NCBI GenBank assembly: GCA_036640375.1
Contig: JAVWGW010000001.1
Coordinates: forward strand, 1 to 38,369
Direction: 5' to 3'
Length of the DNA: 38,369 nt
From: Raoultibacter sp.
GTDB taxonomy: Bacteria; Actinomycetota; Coriobacteriia; Coriobacteriales; Eggerthellaceae
Part shown: in pieces, positions 31,740 to 38,369 of the stretch
Layout: each line of letters starts with the position of its first letter
How positions within the stretch are numbered: position 1 is the first letter of the stretch
Program-made: the position numbers and the translations under genes
Notes under the pieces: generated by a model
The model's database searches: none
Seen by the model: the letters and a program-made list of their open reading frames with translations, nothing else
Told to the model about the DNA's origin: nothing

Positions 31740-34316
31740 ATGTCATTCGATAAATTTACCGACAAGGCACGCAAAGTATTGGTGCTGGCACAAGATGAAG
31801 CGCGCATGCTGCACCAGCCCTACGTGGGCACCGAACACGTGTTATTGGCGCTGATCAAGGAAGAAGACGGCCTGGCCGCCAAAGCGCTCGACCGCCTGGG
31901 GGTGCAATACACATCCGTTGTGGGCGCCATCCGTCAGGTGGTGACCATCGACGAGTCCGCCGATGTTTCCGGCCACTTGAATTTCACGCCGCGCGTTAAG
32001 CGTGTTTTGGAAAACTCGCTGCGCGAAGCCATGCAGATGGGGCAAAGCTATATTTCAACCGAACACCTTTTGTTGGGCATTGTGCGCGAAGGCGGCGGCA
32101 CTGCCATCGACGCGCTGGGGCGCTTGGGGGTAACGGGCGATAGCGTGCGTTCGGCTTTAAACGACCTGGTGGGGCAAAGCCCTGTGTATGCGGGGCGCGG
32201 GGCTTTTGATGTGGGCCCGGGGCAAAGCGATAGCGTGCTGGCGGAATTTACCACCGATTTAACGAAGAAGGCCAGCGAAGGCAAGCTTGACCCTGTTATA
32301 GGGCGCGCGGGTGAAATCGAGCGCGTTATGCAGATACTTTCGCGCCGCCAAAAAAATAATCCGCTGCTTATTGGCGAGCCCGGCGTGGGTAAAACCGCCG
32401 TGGTTGAAGGTCTGGCTCAGCTTGTTGTGGCCGATCAAGTGCCCGATTTGCTGCGCGGCAAGCGCGTGCTAACCTTGGATGTTTCGGCCTTGGTGGCGGG
32501 AAGCAAGTATCGCGGAGAATTTGAAGACCGCCTGAAAAAGTGCATAAAAGAAGTGCAGGATGCCGGCGACATCATCTTGTTTATCGATGAAATACATACG
32601 CTGATTGGCGCGGGGTCTGCCGAAGGCTCCATCGATGCCGCAGCCATTTTGAAGCCGCCGCTTTCTCGCGGAGAAATTCAGGTTATCGGCGCCACGACGC
32701 TCGATGAATATCGCAAGCATCTTGAAAAAGATTCCGCGCTTGAACGCCGCTTCCAATCAATCACGGTGGGCGAGCCCAGCGAAGAAGCAGCCATGCGCAT
32801 CATGGAAGGTCTGCGCGATCGTTATGAAGCGCACCATCAGGTGCATTTTAGCGACGAAGCCCTGCAGGCGGCCGTGCAACTTTCCAGCCGCTATATTCAA
32901 GATCGTTTTTTGCCCGATAAGGCTATCGACGTTATCGACGAAGCGGGCGCGCGCATGCGCATTCGCAACATGACGCTGCCGCAAGAACTGCGCGAATTAG
33001 ATGATGCGCTGCGTAAATTGCGCAGCGAAAAGGATTCTGCGATTGCCGCGCAAAACTTTGAGCAGGCAGCTCGCCTGCGCGATCAGGAAAAAAAGCTGCA
33101 AGATGATCGCAGCGAAGCCGAAAAAACCTGGGAAGAAAAAACGCATAAAACGATCAATCAAATTGGCGTGCAAGATATTGCCGATGTCGTTTCGATGTCT
33201 ACCGGCGTGCCGGTATCCAACTTAACCGAAGCCGAAACCGAAAAGCTGCTGCGCATGGAAAGCGTGTTGCACGACCGCGTGATCGGGCAAGATGAAGCGG
33301 TAACGGCGCTTTCCAAGGCCATTCGTCGCAGCAGGTCGGGCTTGAAAGATCCCAAGCGGCCTTCCGGTTCGTTTATTTTCTTGGGACCTTCCGGCGTGGG
33401 CAAAACGGAGCTTTCCAAGACGCTGGCTCAATTCCTCTTCAATTCAGAAGAGGCGCTTATTTCGTTCGACATGAGCGAATACATGGAAAAGCATTCGGTA
33501 TCGCGCCTGGTGGGTTCGCCTCCGGGTTATGTGGGCTACGATGAAGGTGGTCAGCTTACCAAGGCCGTGCGCCAGCGCCCCTACTCGGTGGTGCTGTTTG
33601 ACGAAATTGAAAAGGCGCATCCCGATGTGTTCAATATCTTGCTGCAAATTCTTGAAGAAGGCCGCCTGACCGATGCGCAGGGTCGCATGGTCGATTTCCG
33701 CAACACGGTTATTATCATGACCTCAAACGTGGGCGCGCGCGACATTGTGCAGAGCACGCCTTTGGGCTTTTCTTCGCAAGACCAGGCAGGATTGAGCGAC
33801 GGCGAAATAAAAGGCCGCGTGATGAGCGAGCTTAAAAAGCTTTTCCGCCCCGAATTTCTCAACCGTATCGATGAAATCATCGTGTTCAAATCGCTTACTG
33901 CCGAACAGATTGTGAAAATAGTGAAGCTTATGGTGGGCGAATTGCGCGAACGCCTGATTGCCCAAAATATGACGATTACCCTGAGCGATGCGGCCTGCGA
34001 ACTGGTGGCCAAAGAAGGCACCGATGTTGCCTTTGGCGCCCGCCCGCTGCGCAGGTCCATCCAGCGCCTGTTGGAAGATCCCATTTCCGAACAGATTTTG
34101 GAAGGCCGCTGGACAAGCGGGTCGGTTATTTTGGTCGATCGTGAAGGTGACGAACTTAGCTTTAGCGCAGGTACAGGGTCGATTCCGGCTCCGCGCAAGC
34201 GCGACAATATAGCTAAAGAGGCCGAATTGCTGCTGACGAACTTCGATCTGGGCCATGCGGGCTTGCCCAGCGCCCACCGATCGGGTCCCAGCACATCCGG
34301 CGGAGCGGCAGACTGA
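31740..34316 (+). CDS. clpC: ATP-dependent Clp protease ATP-binding subunit ClpC (class I Clp/Hsp100)
   Basis: Two Clp_N repeats ([17 protein letters not shown]....GTEHVLLAL; [13 protein letters not shown]...[12 protein letters not shown]); AAA-1 Walker [11 protein letters not shown]; a UVR-like linker ([30 protein letters not shown]); AAA-2 Walker [11 protein letters not shown]; sensor GARPLRR. Confidence 0.95.
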   Translation: MSFDKFTDKARKVLVLAQDEARMLHQPYVGTEHVLLALIKEEDGLAAKALDRLGVQYTSVVGAIRQVVTIDESADVSGHLNFTPRVKRVLENSLREAMQMGQSYISTEHLLLGIVREGGGTAIDALGRLGVTGDSVRSALNDLVGQSPVYAGRGAFDVGPGQSDSVLAEFTTDLTKKASEGKLDPVIGRAGEIERVMQILSRRQKNNPLLIGEPGVGKTAVVEGLAQLVVADQVPDLLRGKRVLTLDVSALVAGSKYRGEFEDRLKKCIKEVQDAGDIILFIDEIHTLIGAGSAEGSIDAAAILKPPLSRGEIQVIGATTLDEYRKHLEKDSALERRFQSITVGEPSEEAAMRIMEGLRDRYEAHHQVHFSDEALQAAVQLSSRYIQDRFLPDKAIDVIDEAGARMRIRNMTLPQELRELDDALRKLRSEKDSAIAAQNFEQAARLRDQEKKLQDDRSEAEKTWEEKTHKTINQIGVQDIADVVSMSTGVPVSNLTEAETEKLLRMESVLHDRVIGQDEAVTALSKAIRRSRSGLKDPKRPSGSFIFLGPSGVGKTELSKTLAQFLFNSEEALISFDMSEYMEKHSVSRLVGSPPGYVGYDEGGQLTKAVRQRPYSVVLFDEIEKAHPDVFNILLQILEEGRLTDAQGRMVDFRNTVIIMTSNVGARDIVQSTPLGFSSQDQAGLSDGEIKGRVMSELKKLFRPEFLNRIDEIIVFKSLTAEQIVKIVKLMVGELRERLIAQNMTITLSDAACELVAKEGTDVAFGARPLRRSIQRLLEDPISEQILEGRWTSGSVILVDREGDELSFSAGTGSIPAPRKRDNIAKEAELLLTNFDLGHAGLPSAHRSGPSTSGGAAD

Positions 34317-34335
34317 TCGTATGAAGGAGTTTCCC

Positions 34336-35178
34336 ATGGCTTCGCAATCCATAGATCCGGTTTTTTCGCCTTCAGTTTTGAAGGGACCCCAGGCGCTGCT
34401 TGATACCATCGATTTTGATGCCTTGGCGCAAAGCATGGGGGGGCTGGTGGGCGCCGTGGATGCCAACCCGAAAACCGCCGCCATCATTTTGGCGGGCGGT
34501 TCGGGCGAACGCTTTGGGCAAGAAGGCGGCAAGCAGCTGGTTGAAATTGCGGGCAAGCCCATTCTTACCTGGTCAGCTGAAGCCTTCGATGCCGTGGCCG
34601 ATATTGGCCTGATCGTTGTGGTTGTGCCCGAAGAACGCCGGGAAGAATACTTGAAGGCGGCTATCGACCCGTTTCCGTTTGTGACGCCGGTGGTTTTGGC
34701 ACCCTCGGGTGCGATTCGCCAGGAATCCGCCTTTTCAGGTTTGGAATATGTGCCGGATGAATTTGAATATGTTGTGCTGCATGATGGCGCACGCCCGCTC
34801 ATTTCCCCCGATTTAATTGCCCACGCCATCAATATTCTTAAGGGCAACATTGATTGCGACGGTGCCGTGGTGGCTCATCAGGCGGTTGACACGCTGAAGG
34901 TGGTTGAAAACGGCGTTATCGTGGGCACGCCTGACCGCACGGTGTTTTGGAACGCCCAAACGCCTCAGGTGTTTCGTTCGGGCATTTACCGCCGCGCACA
35001 CGCTTCGGCGCTTTCCGATGGCTTTGTGGGCACAGATGATTCTTCGCTGATTGAACGCCTGGGTGGCCGGGTGTTGGTTGTGGAAGGCAAGCGCGACAAC
35101 ATAAAGTTGACGGTGCCGGAAGATTACCTGATGCTTGCCGCTGCCGTGAAGGCGTTCACCTTGGGCCAGGCGCAGTAA
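34336..35178 (+). CDS. ispD: 2-C-methyl-D-erythritol 4-phosphate cytidylyltransferase
   Basis: [14 protein letters not shown]....[33 protein letters not shown]. The ATG at 34336 is preceded by AAGGAG. About 40 aa of N-terminal extension precede the P-loop-like GGSGER motif. An earlier ATG at 34321 is possible. Confidence 0.9.
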   Translation: MASQSIDPVFSPSVLKGPQALLDTIDFDALAQSMGGLVGAVDANPKTAAIILAGGSGERFGQEGGKQLVEIAGKPILTWSAEAFDAVADIGLIVVVVPEERREEYLKAAIDPFPFVTPVVLAPSGAIRQESAFSGLEYVPDEFEYVVLHDGARPLISPDLIAHAINILKGNIDCDGAVVAHQAVDTLKVVENGVIVGTPDRTVFWNAQTPQVFRSGIYRRAHASALSDGFVGTDDSSLIERLGGRVLVVEGKRDNIKLTVPEDYLMLAAAVKAFTLGQAQ

Positions 35179-35714
35179 TGGACGAAGCCGCAGCAGCCGT
35201 GCCTAAAGCGCCGCAACCCCTGATGGCTGCGGGTGGCTTACGCATTGGCCTTGGCTATGATGTGCACGCCTTCGCAAGCGGGCGCAAGCTTATTTTGGGC
35301 GGGGTCACCATCGATCACCCCCGCGGGCTTGAGGGCCATTCCGATGCCGATGTGTTGGCGCATGCCATTGCTGATGCCGTGCTAGGTGCGGCGCGCCTGG
35401 GCGATATCGGCAAGTTGTTTCCCGATACCGATCCGGCCTATAAGGGGGCGGATTCCCTGAAGCTTTTGGCGGCAGTTGCTGCGCGCGTACGCGAAGAAGG
35501 CTTTGAAATTATCGATATTGATAGTGTGATAGCGGCGCAGGCACCCAAGCTTTCCCCTTACCGCGACCAGATGCGGGCAAATCTTGCAGCCGCGTTGGGT
35601 GTGGCGGCAGCGGCGGTGGGTGTGAAGGCTACCACGACAGAACACTTGGGGTTTGAAGGCCGCGAAGAGGGCATATCTGCCCAGGCGGTTTGTCTGCTGG
35701 CGCGATGTTGTTAG
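35178..35714 (+). CDS. ispF: 2-C-methyl-D-erythritol 2,4-cyclodiphosphate synthase
   Basis: [11 protein letters not shown].......LGGV.I.....[40 protein letters not shown]. The start overlaps the ispD stop (TAATG). Confidence 0.95.
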   Translation: MDEAAAAVPKAPQPLMAAGGLRIGLGYDVHAFASGRKLILGGVTIDHPRGLEGHSDADVLAHAIADAVLGAARLGDIGKLFPDTDPAYKGADSLKLLAAVAARVREEGFEIIDIDSVIAAQAPKLSPYRDQMRANLAAALGVAAAAVGVKATTTEHLGFEGREEGISAQAVCLLARCC

Positions 35715-35765
35715 TTTTGTTTCGTAACCAGAAAGCCGCGTGTGCGCACAAAAAAGCGTGTCGCC

Positions 35766-35774
35766 GTGGTAAAA
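35766..35774 (+). promoter_or_regulatory. Extended -10 element TGGTAAAAT upstream of cysE-cysS
   Basis: TG at 35766-35767 and TAAAAT at 35769-35774, about 30 nt upstream of the cysE ATG. A 10-bp palindrome tgtgcgcaca (35740-35749) lies just upstream. Confidence 0.4.
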
Positions 35775-35805
35775 TCTCGCTTCGACCAAAGGACTGACAA
35801 CACTT

Positions 35806-36474
35806 ATGAACATATTCACTACCATACACGAAGATATTCAGGCGGTAAAAAATACCGATCCCGCCGCTCAGAGTTCATTTATTATATGGCTTACCTATCC
35901 TGGCCTGCACGCTCGCTGGTCGCACCTTATCGAACACTGGTTGTGGAATCACCACCTGAAAAGTCTCGCGCGCGTATCATCGCAGTTCACCCGCTTTATG
36001 ACCGGCGTTGAAATTCATCCGGCCGCCGTGATTGGGCGGCGCTTCTTCATCGATCACGCCATGGGTGTCATCATCGGGGAAACCACGGTAATCGGCGATG
36101 ACGTGACGCTTTACCAGGGCGTTACCTTGGGCGGCACAGGAAAGGAAACGGGCAAACGCCATCCGACGCTGGAAAACAACGTGCTTGTTGGCGTGGGTGC
36201 TTCCGTTTTAGGCTCAATCACGGTGGGCGCGCATTCCAAAATAGGGGCGGGCGCCGTTGTCGTTAACGATGTGCCGCCGCAGTGCACCGTTGTGGGCATT
36301 CCGGGCCGCATTGTGCTGCAGGATGGCAAACGCGTAAAGCAGCAGGTCACCGATGCGGCGGCGCACAAAGAATGCCTGCCCGATCCGATGGCTGAAGATT
36401 TGCAACATATGTGCGAACGTCTGGAAGCTCTTGAGGCGCAGATGGCGCATCACAAGAAAGGGAGCGCGCTATGA
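35806..36474 (+). CDS. cysE: Serine O-acetyltransferase (short, Bacillus-type)
   Basis: DPAA.S.F.I.LTYPGLHA.W.H...H.L, FMTGVEIHPAAVIGRRFFIDHAMGVIIGETTVIGDDVTLYQGVTLGGTGKETGKRHPT, and hexapeptide repeats. The protein is nearly collinear with my recollection of B. subtilis CysE. Confidence 0.95.
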   Translation: MNIFTTIHEDIQAVKNTDPAAQSSFIIWLTYPGLHARWSHLIEHWLWNHHLKSLARVSSQFTRFMTGVEIHPAAVIGRRFFIDHAMGVIIGETTVIGDDVTLYQGVTLGGTGKETGKRHPTLENNVLVGVGASVLGSITVGAHSKIGAGAVVVNDVPPQCTVVGIPGRIVLQDGKRVKQQVTDAAAHKECLPDPMAEDLQHMCERLEALEAQMAHHKKGSAL

Positions 36475-37955
36475 TAACAATTTACAACACACAAACGCGC
36501 AGCAAGGTGGATTTTGAATCCATCGAACGCGGCAAAGTGGGCATGTATGTGTGCGGCCCCACGGTGTATAACTACATTCACATCGGCAACGCGCGCACCT
36601 TTATTTCCTTCGACATCATTCGCCGTTACCTGACCTGGCGCGGGTTCAAAGTGACCTTCGTGCAAAACGTGACGGATGTTGACGACAAGATTATCAAAAA
36701 GGCGGCCGAAGAAGGGCGCGGCGCGGCTGAAGTTGCCGCCGAATACACGGATGCTTTCATTGCCGATATGCGGGCTGCGGGTGTGCTTGACCCCGATATT
36801 CGCCCGAAGGCAACCGAGGAAATCCCCGAAATGATCGATTTGGTGATGCAGCTGATCGAGGGAGGTCACGCCTATGCCGTGGAAGGCGATGTGTATTTTG
36901 CAGTGCGCAGTTTTGCCGAATACGGCAAGCTTTCTGGGCGAAAAATAGACGAAATGGAATCGGGTCACCGCGACCTGCGCGCAAGTGGGCTGGAAGATCG
37001 CAAGCGCGATCCGCTTGATTTTGCTGTTTGGAAAGCGGCAAAGCCCGGCGAACCTTCGTGGGAATCTCCTTGGGGTGCGGGGCGTCCGGGCTGGCATATC
37101 GAATGTTCTGCCATGTCGCGCAAGTATTTAGGGCTTCCCTTTGATATTCATGGCGGTGGTGCTGATCTGGTGTTTCCCCATCATGAAAACGAAGTTGCCC
37201 AAAGCGAAGCAGCCTGCGGGTGCACATTTGCAAACTATTGGATTCATAGCGGTATGTTGCAAATCAATTCTGAAAAGATGTCAAAATCGCTGGGCAATTT
37301 TTTGCTGCTGCGCGATGTGCTTGAAACCACACGGCCCGAAGTGCTGCGTATGCTTATGTTGCAGACGCATTATCGCAGCCCGCTCGATTTTTCCGATGAG
37401 CGCTTGACCGAAGCCGAAGCGGCGCTTACGCGTATTGCCAACACGGTGAAAAACCTGGAATGGCTTGAAGCTAACGCCGCCGATATTCCTTCGCCCTTAG
37501 ATATTCGTGCCTTGATGGCGCAGACGCAAACGGCGCGCAACGAATTTATTGCGGCCATGGATGACGATTTCAACACGGCGGGCGCGCTGGGCGTGGTGTT
37601 TGCATTTGTAAGCGACATCAATGCGGCCGTGGCCGATAAAACGCTTTCGATAAGCGATGTGCCTGCCATCTATCAGGCGCGCGCTGTGCTGGTGGAACTG
37701 ATGGGAGTGTTCGGCATTGCGCTTGAAGGCGCGCAGGCTGAAGCCAAGTATCCCCGCGAGGTTGTGGCGCTTGCCCACGACTTGGCGGGCTACCCCGGAG
37801 CCAATGAAACTCAGGCCGTCGAAGCGCTGTTAGCCTGCCGCGAACAGGCGCGCAAGAACAAAGATTGGGCGCTTGCCGACAAAGTGCGCGACGGCCTGGC
37901 AGCGCTAGGTCTAACTATTGAAGATACGCCCCAAGGCCCGCGTATCGTATCTTAG
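36471..37955 (+). CDS. cysS: Cysteine--tRNA ligase
   Basis: MYVCGPTVYNYIHIGNART (HIGH motif), GWHIECSAM, HGGGADLVFPHHENE, KMSKSLGN. The start overlaps the cysE stop (ATGA). Confidence 0.95.
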   Translation: MITIYNTQTRSKVDFESIERGKVGMYVCGPTVYNYIHIGNARTFISFDIIRRYLTWRGFKVTFVQNVTDVDDKIIKKAAEEGRGAAEVAAEYTDAFIADMRAAGVLDPDIRPKATEEIPEMIDLVMQLIEGGHAYAVEGDVYFAVRSFAEYGKLSGRKIDEMESGHRDLRASGLEDRKRDPLDFAVWKAAKPGEPSWESPWGAGRPGWHIECSAMSRKYLGLPFDIHGGGADLVFPHHENEVAQSEAACGCTFANYWIHSGMLQINSEKMSKSLGNFLLLRDVLETTRPEVLRMLMLQTHYRSPLDFSDERLTEAEAALTRIANTVKNLEWLEANAADIPSPLDIRALMAQTQTARNEFIAAMDDDFNTAGALGVVFAFVSDINAAVADKTLSISDVPAIYQARAVLVELMGVFGIALEGAQAEAKYPREVVALAHDLAGYPGANETQAVEALLACREQARKNKDWALADKVRDGLAALGLTIEDTPQGPRIVS

Positions 37956-38075
37956 GGGTGCTCATGCAACCAGAAGTTGCGGAAAATTCCAACTAAAAGC
38001 GGTCGTGTGGCGGGGTTCGCAACTCTAAACTCGGTAGGGTAAACTTAAGAAACCAACCCGAAGGAAGGGATTGCA

Positions 38076-38369
38076 ATGAATGTGGAAATCGCAGAACGGC
38101 TGGCGAAGCGGCGTCGGGAGGCGGGGTTTTCCCAAGAGGAATTGGCGGCGCGCTTAAGCGTTTCGCGTCAGGCTGTTTCTAAATGGGAGCGCTCGGAATC
38201 TTCGCCCGACACAGACAACCTTATCGCTCTGGCGAAAATTTATGGCGTGTCCCTCGACGATTTGCTCTATGTCGATGAAGCCATTGCGGAAGATGTCCGC
38301 TACGAAGCGGTTGATCGCGGGGCAGCTGCCCCTGCTGGGTCTGACGCACCTGCTGATGCCGCTTCGGGT
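38076..38369 (+). CDS. XRE-family helix-turn-helix protein; the 3' end lies outside the window
   Basis: I translated this by hand: MNVEIAERLAKRRREAGFSQEELAARLSVSRQAVSKWERSESSPDTDNLIALAKIYGVSLDDLLYV..., a canonical HTH_3/Cro-C1 motif (SQ..LA..L.VSRQAVSKWE.G...P). RBS GAAGGAAGGGA. The ORF is open to the window end, which is why it is absent from the track. Confidence 0.85.
   Translation, partial: MNVEIAERLAKRRREAGFSQEELAARLSVSRQAVSKWERSESSPDTDNLIALAKIYGVSLDDLLYVDEAIAEDVRYEAVDRGAAAPAGSDAPADAASG

Noticed and set aside
33581-34850. Two long minus-strand ORFs (237 aa and 375 aa) antisense to clpC and ispD
   Set aside because: The plus strand encodes ClpC with both Walker A motifs and IspD. The antisense translations are Ser/Arg/Ala-rich with no motifs. 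These are GC-driven open frames.
35715-35805. T-box leader upstream of cysE-cysS (as in Bacillus gltX-cysE-cysS) or upstream of lysS
   Set aside because: The spacers are only about 91 nt (cysE) and about 50 nt after the greA terminator (lysS). That is far too short for a T-box (more than 200 nt). No specifier-loop or T-box sequence is visible.
1-38369. CRISPR arrays, IS elements, rRNA, prophage or conjugation genes
   Set aside because: I found no spaced direct-repeat array. The only tandem repeats are coding (the K-P-E-x tract and the poly-Gly linker). No transposase, integrase or recombinase motif appears in any listed ORF, and there is no rRNA-like sequence.

Overview
This is a high-GC chromosomal segment, roughly 55-60% GC by eye. 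It looks like Actinomycetota, most plausibly a Coriobacteriia/Eggerthellaceae-type genome. Three things point that way: a Tat-exported flavoprotein reductase beside a multi-TM LuxR regulator, the actinobacterial lysS-clpC...ispD-ispF-cysE-cysS gene order, and TGn extended -10 promoters. I call about 33 protein genes and one tRNA-Pro(CGG). I see no rRNA, CRISPR array, transposase or integrase.

Most of the window is housekeeping:
- Envelope and translation-related: an LCP envelope enzyme (5'-truncated), rlmH, lysA-hom, hpf.
- Respiration and maturation: hypC-hypD, cydAB.
- Transport: a polar amino-acid ABC transporter, nhaA, copA.
- Core block from 28.9 kb on: an NlpC/P60 hydrolase, tRNA-Pro, tatA, greA, lysS, clpC, ispDF, cysES, and a 3'-truncated XRE regulator.

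Three visibly AT-richer patches interrupt this backbone:
1. 3.4-3.95 kb: a self-contained small gene that sits between two paralogous bitopic membrane proteins.
2. 13.3-15.45 kb: a 35-aa hydrophobic peptide gene plus an AAA+ ATPase with a PD-(D/E)xK-like tail (DUF4143-type architecture).
3. 18.8-22.8 kb: a Tat-lipoprotein FAD reductase, a divergent roughly 12-TM LuxR sensor-regulator, and an orphan Phd/YefM-like antitoxin.

Patch 3 is my best candidate for an uncharacterised system: a substrate-sensing reductase module with no encoded electron-donor partner. Patches 2 and 1 rank next.

All functional calls come from reading motifs in the supplied translations and the DNA. No database search, HMM, RNA-folding or GC computation was run. 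Start codons that I moved away from the ORF track are justified by Shine-Dalgarno placement.
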